Of a stretch of 64,000 bases of DNA, positions 30,807 to 38,521 are shown piece by piece; positions within the stretch are counted from its first letter, which is position 1; each line of letters begins with the position of its first letter. The notes under the pieces were generated by a model that saw only the letters and a program-made list of their open reading frames with translations, was not told where the DNA came from and searched no databases. This stretch comes from Deferribacterales bacterium. Lineage in GTDB: Bacteria > Chrysiogenota > Deferribacteres > Deferribacterales > Geovibrionaceae. A program made the translations under genes and the position numbers. The stretch lies in NCBI GenBank assembly GCA_050251945.1, contig JBFWLW010000001.1, positions 480,001 to 544,000 of the forward strand, given 5' to 3'.

Positions 30807-31646
30807 ATGTTAGGATTTTTGTTCATAATTTTCAGTGCCTTCACACATTCATTATGGAATGTACTGCTTAAAAGATCAGAAAATAAGTATGCATTCAACT
30901 TTTACATGCATTTTGCAAATATTTCCTTCTTCACTGTGATCTATCCGGTGGTTTTCAGAGACTATTTATATTTTGATAAAGGTGTGGTTATAACCGCCTT
31001 TATAGCTGCTATTTTTTTCTCAATTTACCACCTTTCTGTTTCAACCGCATATAAATACTCTGATGTATCACTTGTTTACCCGCTCACAACTGCTTCGCCT
31101 TTTTTTATTCTGATATGGGCTGTAATTTTTCTTAAAGAACATCTGACAGTTATGGGTCTCTCAGGTGTGATATTGACCGTTTTGGGAACGGCTGTTCTAA
31201 ACCGCGTAAAGGGTAAGTGGGGTGAATTTGGGAAAGGAGCTGTTTTCGCACTTGCCGGGGCGTTCTTCTATTCCTTCGGTGCGCTGCTGGATAAGAAAGG
31301 TGTTTCAGGCGGCAATTTCATACTGTATGTCTATTCGATGTCATTGTTTATGACAATGTTCATATTTGGATATTCTATACGCCGTGGTGAAATCATGTTT
31401 AATTATATTAAAAAAGACAGATGGTGGGTTCTTTTTGCCGGACTTGTTGTGTTTGCGTCATTTATTTCCTACCGATACGGTCTGAACATGGTAAACCTTT
31501 CCTATGCGTCGGCGATAAGACAGGTCAGCACGCTGTTCGGAGTTATCATGGGCATCATCTTTTTCAAAGAAAAGTTCACTCTTTACAAGATCTTAGGCAC
31601 AATCATCATTATGGCGGGAATAGTTCTGATCAAAATTGGCATGTAA
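30807..31646 (+). CDS. EamA/DMT family transporter
   Basis: ~10 TM segments; DVSLVYPL, SYASAIRQVS, FKEK. Confidence 0.85.
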   Translation: MLGFLFIIFSAFTHSLWNVLLKRSENKYAFNFYMHFANISFFTVIYPVVFRDYLYFDKGVVITAFIAAIFFSIYHLSVSTAYKYSDVSLVYPLTTASPFFILIWAVIFLKEHLTVMGLSGVILTVLGTAVLNRVKGKWGEFGKGAVFALAGAFFYSFGALLDKKGVSGGNFILYVYSMSLFMTMFIFGYSIRRGEIMFNYIKKDRWWVLFAGLVVFASFISYRYGLNMVNLSYASAIRQVSTLFGVIMGIIFFKEKFTLYKILGTIIIMAGIVLIKIGM

Positions 31647-31733
31647 CTTGATATTACCCTTATCGGTAGCGGAACAACCGCGCCACTGAGACGGAGCTCA
31701 CTGTGAGTGCCGGCAGGAGGCCGGCCTTCCTTC

Positions 31734-32918
31734 TTAAGATTCTTCTACTATATCATTTATTTGATTATTAGACGCATCTTCAAGTGACCATTTAGTGACC
31801 ATATTTGAAAATTGAGATGTGACTTTTTTTCTGTTTTTGATAAACCTTGCGTAGTGAGTAAATAACATTTTGAGAGATGTGTGACCCAACTGTTTAGCCA
31901 CATCTTCCGGATCGTCACCTTCCTTAAGAGACAAAACAGCAAAAGTGTGTCGGCATTGATAAGGGATGCGGTATTCAATTCCAAGTTTTTTCAGTACCGG
32001 CTTCCAGTATAACTTTATAATGTTCCCACTACTTGTATATGGCTGGCCTTGACGATTAACAAATATAAACTCAGACCGCAAAAATGAAACAGCCTTTTGC
32101 CTTTTAAGAATCTGTTGTATCATCGGGGAAAGATCAATATATCTGTCAGATCCTTCTGTTTTTGTCCGCGAGAGCTTACGTTTCGAGAAAGATTCCTTAA
32201 TATGATATGACCAATTATTTGTATCCAGATTTTCCCACTTCATAGCTAGAACTTCACCGGTACGCATACCTGTAAAAAATAGAGTTGCTATTATAGGATA
32301 AATCTTTTCATGGTCGTGCTGCATTTGAGAAAGAATCTTGAACATTTCTTCTTTTTCAAAAGGCTGAATATCTGGCTTATCAACACGAAGCTTAGAAATG
32401 CGCTCAAACGGACTCTTATCAATATATTCCTTATCAACTGCATATATAAAAACCTGCTTGAGCGTAGTTATTGTGTTATTAACTGATTTTGCTTTTCTGC
32501 CAATTGAATAATCGGCAATGAAATCATCAATATCTGCTTTAGTGATTGTATGAACTAAGCAATTATTAAAACGTTGAACAAAGTTTCTTATTTCGTTTTT
32601 ATAATTATTGAATGTACTGAGAGCTATATTGCCGGAAAGATAGCGTTTCTCAGCATTTTCCATCCAGCGACCAAAGAGTTCTTCAACACACACATTAACC
32701 CTAACTCTCCCACCAAATAAAATACATTTTTTTGATTCTGGAAAATACTCACTGTAATTAAAAGCATTTCTCTCTATCTTGTTCTCTATCTCTCCTAAAA
32801 GACGTTCTGCATACTTGATATTAGTCTTATTGTAAGGAGCCTTGAGAGATTCACGGCAACGAACTCCTTTATATCTGAAATCAATCCAAACTTTATTATT
32901 TTTTTCAAAAACACCCAT
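31734..32918 (-). CDS. int: Tyrosine recombinase/integrase with N-terminal arm-binding domain
   Basis: IDFRYKGVRCRE N-terminus; TGMRTGEV, YQCRHTFA, LGH, HY catalytic residues. Confidence 0.95.
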   Translation of the reverse strand: MGVFEKNNKVWIDFRYKGVRCRESLKAPYNKTNIKYAERLLGEIENKIERNAFNYSEYFPESKKCILFGGRVRVNVCVEELFGRWMENAEKRYLSGNIALSTFNNYKNEIRNFVQRFNNCLVHTITKADIDDFIADYSIGRKAKSVNNTITTLKQVFIYAVDKEYIDKSPFERISKLRVDKPDIQPFEKEEMFKILSQMQHDHEKIYPIIATLFFTGMRTGEVLAMKWENLDTNNWSYHIKESFSKRKLSRTKTEGSDRYIDLSPMIQQILKRQKAVSFLRSEFIFVNRQGQPYTSSGNIIKLYWKPVLKKLGIEYRIPYQCRHTFAVLSLKEGDDPEDVAKQLGHTSLKMLFTHYARFIKNRKKVTSQFSNMVTKWSLEDASNNQINDIVEES

Positions 32919-32926
32919 ACGACAGA

Positions 32927-33214
32927 TTACTCGATACCAAGCATCTTTAAAAGAGGTTTTCTGTAAAAAAGTACTTTTCTACTTGAAAGCCTTTTATAAT
33001 GTGTGTCTTCAAGAAAATCTCCGCGACATAATTTTGATTGAATAGTGCTTTTTTTCATACGAAATAAATCTGCAACCTCTTCAACCGTCATCGTTTCATT
33101 TTGATTCTTGAAAGCAAGCTCTTTTTTTAAGCGAGAAACTTCTGTTGTCGCGTCAGCAATACTTACAGTTCCATCATCAAAAACAACAGTTTTAGTATAG
33201 ATCTCTCTTCTCAT
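32927..33214 (-). CDS. Excisionase-like HTH protein
   Basis: MTVEEVADLFRMKKSTIQ HTH_17-like; directly upstream of integrase. Confidence 0.7.
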   Translation of the reverse strand: MRREIYTKTVVFDDGTVSIADATTEVSRLKKELAFKNQNETMTVEEVADLFRMKKSTIQSKLCRGDFLEDTHYKRLSSRKVLFYRKPLLKMLGIE

Positions 33215-33228
33215 ACCATTGCTCCTGG

Positions 33229-33654
33229 CTAAAAAGAATCACGACTCTGCGAGTGTTCTCTTATTAAGTTTGAAACAAGACTGCTTCGGACAGAGAAACG
33301 CCTGCGACCTAAATCAGTTATAATCTCAATGCTCACTCTCTGATTGATATCTGACAGATATTCTGCATAACGCTTTATTGACTCGCGAACATCTCCGGTA
33401 TTACTTCTACAGTCAGCAAGACTAAAGTAATCCAAAGAAACATTGTAATGTAAGGCAAATCGAGAAAGGGTTTCAAGATCCGGCTCCCTATAACCTTGCA
33501 GATAATTTGAAAGTCTTGATACTGTCAGACCAAGCTCACGAGCAACATCAGACTTTTTGGATCCTGATTCCTCTATTAGATTACGCATCCTGTCGCCAAG
33601 CTCCACTAATTTTTGATTTCTGCTATCTTTACTCATCAACCTAACCTTCGTCAT
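33229..33654 (-). CDS. XRE-family HTH regulator
   Basis: VARELGLTVSRLSNYLQGYREPD; start may be 33636. Confidence 0.8.
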   Translation of the reverse strand: MTKVRLMSKDSRNQKLVELGDRMRNLIEESGSKKSDVARELGLTVSRLSNYLQGYREPDLETLSRFALHYNVSLDYFSLADCRSNTGDVRESIKRYAEYLSDINQRVSIEIITDLGRRRFSVRSSLVSNLIREHSQSRDSF

Positions 33655-34537
33655 CTTGTATACATGCGGCGTCTATGTCGTCCAGATGAAGCTGGTATGC
33701 TTCATAAAGCGTTGCCTTTGCCTCGTCCGGTGAGATATGGGTTCCCGCTATGACTATCTCAGTCTTATGCTTTAATCGGGCATTATAGAGGTCAAGTTCA
33801 GCAGTTTGCTGTTCCTCGAAACTTTTACCCATTATTTTGAGCTTTCCTGCATAATTTTCTTCCATTACGGAGCGGATAAAGTTCTTTACTGCATCCTTGT
33901 GCAGAGTTCCCTTTCCATGCCCCATTGATACGGAGATATCTATCTTAAGCCCTGAAAGGGTTTCAAGCATCTTGAAGTTTTCGCCTATTTCGCTGTCAAG
34001 CACATTGCCTACAAAATCCGATGCGGGTGCCTCTATCGAGAGGTTCAGCTTGCGGAATATTTCCCAGTTAGTCACCTGATCGTAAGCGCTGTTGATAAAT
34101 ATGGGGCTTGCTCCTGCGGCGCTGTCTCCTGTGAGCCAGCGTGCGAAGTCTGAGAAAGCAGATGCGGATGGACCGAACCCGCCGGAAAGTGTCAGAAGTG
34201 CCTGTTTTTCCGGGTCAACGAGAGCATAGCTTACGTCTCCGAGACTGCCGCCCTCTGTGGGAGCTTCCTGAACAACACCTTCGCGGTTGAACCACACAGG
34301 AAGAAAAACCTTTCCTTTTATTAGACCAACTATAAACAGTTTCTTGTTAGAAAAAGTGATGGGTTCAAAAATCTTAAACATGAGCTCGCAGCTTTTTCCG
34401 TCGAAAAAGCCGAAGTCCATACCGCCTGCAGGCAGAGCTTCCAGCTTGAAATCCATATCTTGATAAAAGGTGTCCACTGCGGATTCCAGCCTGTAAAAAT
34501 TTACCGTTACGTTTTTTCTTTCTGCCATAATATTCAC
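33641..34537 (-). CDS. Hypothetical protein
   Basis: 298-aa ORF co-oriented with the xre/xis/int genes. Confidence 0.7.
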   Translation of the reverse strand: MNIMAERKNVTVNFYRLESAVDTFYQDMDFKLEALPAGGMDFGFFDGKSCELMFKIFEPITFSNKKLFIVGLIKGKVFLPVWFNREGVVQEAPTEGGSLGDVSYALVDPEKQALLTLSGGFGPSASAFSDFARWLTGDSAAGASPIFINSAYDQVTNWEIFRKLNLSIEAPASDFVGNVLDSEIGENFKMLETLSGLKIDISVSMGHGKGTLHKDAVKNFIRSVMEENYAGKLKIMGKSFEEQQTAELDLYNARLKHKTEIVIAGTHISPDEAKATLYEAYQLHLDDIDAACIQDDEG

Positions 34538-34725
34538 CTGATTTTCTGATCTTCTAAATCACTTACTTTTGAGTAATCTTTTTTTATCATTTCTGCTAAG
34601 AAAGCATCACAATCATCAAATGAATCAAAACTGAGCAGATTACCGTTCAAAACACATAAGTGCTTGATTTTGTTTATTTCAACACACAGATTGTATTTCC
34701 CATTTGCATTTCTTACGATCAACAT
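34534..34725 (-). CDS. Small hypothetical protein (possibly leaderless)
   Basis: Stop overlaps the next start; ATG at 34725 lies just after a TTGACA/TATCCT promoter. Confidence 0.45.
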   Translation of the reverse strand: MLIVRNANGKYNLCVEINKIKHLCVLNGNLLSFDSFDDCDAFLAEMIKKDYSKVSDLEDQKIR

Positions 34726-34730
34726 GTGTA

Positions 34731-34760
34731 AGGATAACATTACTATTCGTAATGTGTCAA
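34731..34760 (-). promoter_or_regulatory. Sigma70 promoter with palindromic operator in spacer
   Basis: TTGACA-18nt-TATCCT; inverted repeat ACATTAC-tattc-GTAATGT at 34737-34755. Confidence 0.6.
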
Positions 34761-34889
34761 GCTCATGAAAGAAAATAAATCAAATAAGAATTTACAAAAT
34801 CAGATATATTGTATTGACAATATGGAGGAATATTATAAATTAACTATAATTACAAAAGATACACGTTGTTTGAATTTTAAATAAAAAAA

Positions 34890-35516
34890 TTAGGAAGATT
34901 TTTTTGAAGGGGGAATTATTTTTTTATAATCCTGAAGGCTTTTCTCCTTTTCTGCCTGTTTTATTATTTCGTCCATTCCATTATTGTCCAAATCTTTGAT
35001 TATCTCAAGAAGCCTTGATATCTGCTTCAACTTATCCGGATCTAGTTCGGATTTCTTTAAAGCATCATCCAAAGAAATCTCATTAAAAAAGTAGGCAACA
35101 GGAACACATAGCTTTTCAGCTATTGTTTGTAAAACATCAAGACTAGGAAAATTCCTGCCTCTAACATAATGACCAATCTGTATTGCCTTGACACCAATTT
35201 CCATCTTTGCGAGATCTTCATGTGTCATATGCTTTGCATGGAGTAAATCTTTAAGCAACTGACCAAAGGATTTTTCTGAAAGGACCATGCGAAAAGCACC
35301 GGTATCATAATACTCCGTATCAAGGTTAAAAAGATCATCATACGAAATATTTAAAAATTTAATCAATTTTGAAACCTTGTGAGCATCTATATTGCCCGTT
35401 CTCTCATAATACTGATATGTCTGATAAGTGACACCAAGCTCAGCGGCAATCTGCGGCTGCGTGAACCCTTTCTTATTCCTGATTGATTTTAGTTTATGTC
35501 CAACGTGTTGATACAT
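34890..35516 (-). CDS. CI-like repressor with two XRE HTH domains
   Basis: TQPQIAAELGVTYQTYQYYERTG and THEDLAK..IGHYVRGRNFPSL; divergent from a cro-like gene. Confidence 0.8.
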   Translation of the reverse strand: MYQHVGHKLKSIRNKKGFTQPQIAAELGVTYQTYQYYERTGNIDAHKVSKLIKFLNISYDDLFNLDTEYYDTGAFRMVLSEKSFGQLLKDLLHAKHMTHEDLAKMEIGVKAIQIGHYVRGRNFPSLDVLQTIAEKLCVPVAYFFNEISLDDALKKSELDPDKLKQISRLLEIIKDLDNNGMDEIIKQAEKEKSLQDYKKIIPPSKKSS

Positions 35517-35564
35517 TCTTTAAAATACCATACACTGACAATTCAGCTTAAATGAAAATATCAG

Positions 35565-35593
35565 TTGACACCAAATATTCACAGATATAACCT
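35565..35593 (+). promoter_or_regulatory. PR-like sigma70 promoter
   Basis: TTGACA-17nt-TAACCT upstream of the cro-like ORF. Confidence 0.55.
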
Positions 35594-35632
35594 GTGTATA
35601 TGGTTTTTAACTTTAAAACTTTGAGGTGAAAA

Positions 35633-35857
35633 ATGCCAACATGGAGAGCATATATAAGAGAAACTGGTATTAAAATAATATCCGATGAAATTGAATGCTC
35701 ATACGAAGCAGTCCGGGCATGGGCTAACGATGATCTGGTTCCATGCAAAAAAAATACTGCAAAACTTTGCAGTATTATGCAAACCAGGCTTAAACCCGAT
35801 GAATTTGAAATTTTCAAAAAAAGCCTCGTGTCTGATATCATAACACCGGCAATTTAA
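35633..35857 (+). CDS. Cro-like small HTH protein
   Basis: ISDEIECSYEAVRAWAN..VP; GAGGTG RBS; divergent from repressor. Confidence 0.65.
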   Translation: MPTWRAYIRETGIKIISDEIECSYEAVRAWANDDLVPCKKNTAKLCSIMQTRLKPDEFEIFKKSLVSDIITPAI

Positions 35858-35858
35858 A

Positions 35859-38495
35859 ATGAGTAGACTGCTCATCAACGAACCGCCTTTGCTTGTGCTC
35901 CCGTTGTTAGCCAAAACAATTGGTCTCAATGAAGCTATCCTGCTTCAACAGCTCCATTACTGGCTTAAACGATCTAAGCATGAAGCAGGTGGCGAAAGAT
36001 GGGTTTACAACACATATGCAGATTGGTTAGAACAACTCCCTTTCTGGAGCGACAAAACGCTCCGAAGAATTGTAAAAAATCTTGAAGACTCACAAATCTT
36101 AATTTCAACGTATGAATTCAATCTTAGTATCAATAAGACGAAATGGTATCGAATTGATTATACTAAGCTGAATGCCCAAATCGGAACACCCAGTAAAACT
36201 GAACTAATCATTGACGACTACCCGCTTATGTTCCAGCCTACTCTCGCAGTAAATTACGGTCTCAATGAAGCCATCTTCCTTCAGCAGCTTCACTATTGGC
36301 TTAAATACGGGAATCCTAAACAGCAAGATTCACATATCTGGGTTGTCAGCAGCTATAAAAACTGGCTTAAACAATTCTCATTCTGGAGTGAAGACACTCT
36401 CTATCGAACAATAAAGAAATTATCTGATATGAATCTTGTCATAGCTACAGGAAAATACAATAGTTCCGCCATGGATAAGACCAAATGGCTTACAATCCGG
36501 TATGATATGTTCCCAGCCGCAACGATACCGCAATCTGACCAGACGACACCGCAATCTGACCAGACGATACCGCAACTTGACCAGACGATACCGCAACTTG
36601 ACCAGACGATACCGCAACTTGACCAGACGATACCGCAACTTGACCAGACGATACCGCAACTTGACCAGACGATACCGCAACTTGACCAGACGATACCGCA
36701 ATCTGACCAGATTACACCGCAATTTGACCACATACGACACCGCAATCTGACCAGTCCACATTATTATATAGACTATAATACAGAGACTATAACAAAGACT
36801 GAAAGAAAGATCGGCAAGAGCCAAAGCCAAACAACTACAAATGAAGTTTTAACATCTGTTCATGAAAATTCAGTTCAGATTCAAAAATTGCCTGACTTTT
36901 TCAACAATGTTGATAACTTTGAGGCGCACAACACGTCTCAAACGCAAGAAAGCGAACCAAACAATACCATGACATCGAAAACACCAAAAACTCTCACCAG
37001 AGACGAAATACTCGCTCATTACGATACAGCGTTCAGCTTGTTCAAGCTGTTGATAAATGAAAACGCAATTAAAAAGCCGACAGCTATCCTAGAAGGTCTG
37101 ATTGAAGACGGAATTAACAAGTATGGAAATAACTTCATTGAAATAATTTTTGAGAACGTCAAAAAATCTGATTTTTTGCTAGGGATAAAATCTTTCAATG
37201 TTAAATTATCTTGGATTATAAAAAACGCAGAAAATATAATATCCGGTAAATACGAAAATGAAGACTGTAAATCTTTGTACGAACTTGCGCAGGAGTGTTG
37301 TTCAGAAAATCAGATATGTCCTTTGATCAAAACAAATAAAACACTGCTTCAAAAATGTAAATTCTGCAACAAATACCCCAATAGACAGAACAAAGTAGGA
37401 GTAGTTGAAAAAACTCCAAAACAACAAGCAGAAGAATGTTCTGTAAAAGGCTTCTGTCCCATGGAACGTTTTAATTTAAAGCATTTAAAATCTTCCCCTG
37501 CATGTACTGTTTGCAGATTCGGGCCAAAACCAGAAGAGACAACAGTTACGGATACAGATCCTCAAACTCAAGCTAAAAAATGCTATGAAAAATGCAAAGG
37601 CATGTGTTCGCACCGTATAATGAAAACACCAGCACTTGAATATTGTATATTTTGTCCGGGAACTGTAGACACCACACCTAAAAGAAAAAAGCAAAAATCA
37701 TCAAAAAGTCGGAATCAATTAGAACAATCATGCAAAAAACCAAACGATATGATCGTTAACTATAAAAATTCAGACGAGGTCTGGATTGCCGCATATGAAT
37801 TTATCAACAGCATTGATGAACATAGAAAAATCTCAAAACTTATAGAGGAAGTTGCCGTATTTTCTGTCTATAGCGTAAGCGATTTGCACTCTGAAAGCCT
37901 GATTATCGCATATAACACGTTAATGGAATTTGCTGCTACAGATCAACACATTACTCTTTCAAAACTACAAAGTCACTTCTACATGAATTTAAAGAATTTT
38001 TTTATCAGGAAATGCTCTAATATTCCAGCTCTGAGGGACGTTCTGAAGACTGATAACAAAAGTGCATGTTCATTTTTCGATATTTCGGAGATAGAAGGAG
38101 TATTGCAGACTGAAATTGATAATTCAAACTCAGTTTTCATTGACGATGAACTGGACAACGATTTAATCACAAATTCAGACGAAACCATACGCATTCTTTT
38201 AGGCATACTTGAACCGAAAGAAGAACAGGTTTTTCGTTACAGATTCGGTTTAACACAGCGCGGGAAACTGACACAAAAAGAATGTGGTGAGATATTTAAC
38301 TGTACGGATAAAAACGTTCTCAAGATAGAAAAAGAGGCTGTAAATAAGATTAAAGAATTCATAAAAGAAGAAAAAATTAATAAAGACATGTCTATCAGTC
38401 TGCTTAAAGAAAAAGTCGCTCAATACCAAAAGAAATTAAAACCGATTAAATTTGATGGTTATTTTGAACTTGGAAATCTCGCTAATGCTATCTAA
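35859..38495 (+). CDS. Multidomain replication-initiator-like protein (2x wHTH, heptad repeats, 3 Cys-rich repeats, sigma70 region-4-like C-terminus)
   Basis: Duplicated GLNEAI.LQQLHYWL...W..QL.FWS..TL.R...KW..I.Y domain; LEPKEEQVFRYRFGL..KLTQKECGEIFNCT..NV.KIEKEA. Confidence 0.7.
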   Translation: MSRLLINEPPLLVLPLLAKTIGLNEAILLQQLHYWLKRSKHEAGGERWVYNTYADWLEQLPFWSDKTLRRIVKNLEDSQILISTYEFNLSINKTKWYRIDYTKLNAQIGTPSKTELIIDDYPLMFQPTLAVNYGLNEAIFLQQLHYWLKYGNPKQQDSHIWVVSSYKNWLKQFSFWSEDTLYRTIKKLSDMNLVIATGKYNSSAMDKTKWLTIRYDMFPAATIPQSDQTTPQSDQTIPQLDQTIPQLDQTIPQLDQTIPQLDQTIPQLDQTIPQLDQTIPQSDQITPQFDHIRHRNLTSPHYYIDYNTETITKTERKIGKSQSQTTTNEVLTSVHENSVQIQKLPDFFNNVDNFEAHNTSQTQESEPNNTMTSKTPKTLTRDEILAHYDTAFSLFKLLINENAIKKPTAILEGLIEDGINKYGNNFIEIIFENVKKSDFLLGIKSFNVKLSWIIKNAENIISGKYENEDCKSLYELAQECCSENQICPLIKTNKTLLQKCKFCNKYPNRQNKVGVVEKTPKQQAEECSVKGFCPMERFNLKHLKSSPACTVCRFGPKPEETTVTDTDPQTQAKKCYEKCKGMCSHRIMKTPALEYCIFCPGTVDTTPKRKKQKSSKSRNQLEQSCKKPNDMIVNYKNSDEVWIAAYEFINSIDEHRKISKLIEEVAVFSVYSVSDLHSESLIIAYNTLMEFAATDQHITLSKLQSHFYMNLKNFFIRKCSNIPALRDVLKTDNKSACSFFDISEIEGVLQTEIDNSNSVFIDDELDNDLITNSDETIRILLGILEPKEEQVFRYRFGLTQRGKLTQKECGEIFNCTDKNVLKIEKEAVNKIKEFIKEEKINKDMSISLLKEKVAQYQKKLKPIKFDGYFELGNLANAI
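36522..36754 (+). repeat. 21-bp tandem repeat (iteron-like), 10 in-phase copies plus 1 offset copy
   Basis: Consensus ACGATACCGCAACTTGACCAG. Confidence 0.95.
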
Positions 38496-38521
38496 AAAAG
38501 GGGAAGCCGAAGCTTCCCCTA
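38494..38521 (-). terminator. Intrinsic terminator of the minus-strand ncRNA
   Basis: AGGGGAAGC-TTCG-GCTTCCCCT-TTTTT on the minus strand. Confidence 0.85.

Noticed and set aside
31660..31730. Intact tRNA, SRP RNA or riboswitch at the ICE junction
   Set aside because: No cloverleaf or TTCGA, no SRP helix-8 motif, and no complete riboswitch consensus; kept only as a possible att fragment.
36522..36754. Possible CRISPR array
   Set aside because: The repeats are contiguous with no unique spacers, lie inside an ORF, and there are no cas genes nearby.
36401..36830. Alternative-frame repetitive ORFs (CGIVWSS, RYRLVKL, RRYRNLT)
   Set aside because: By-products of the stop-free 21-bp tandem repeat.
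31734..38495. Complete prophage
   Set aside because: No terminase, capsid, tail or lysis genes; downstream genes are conjugative.
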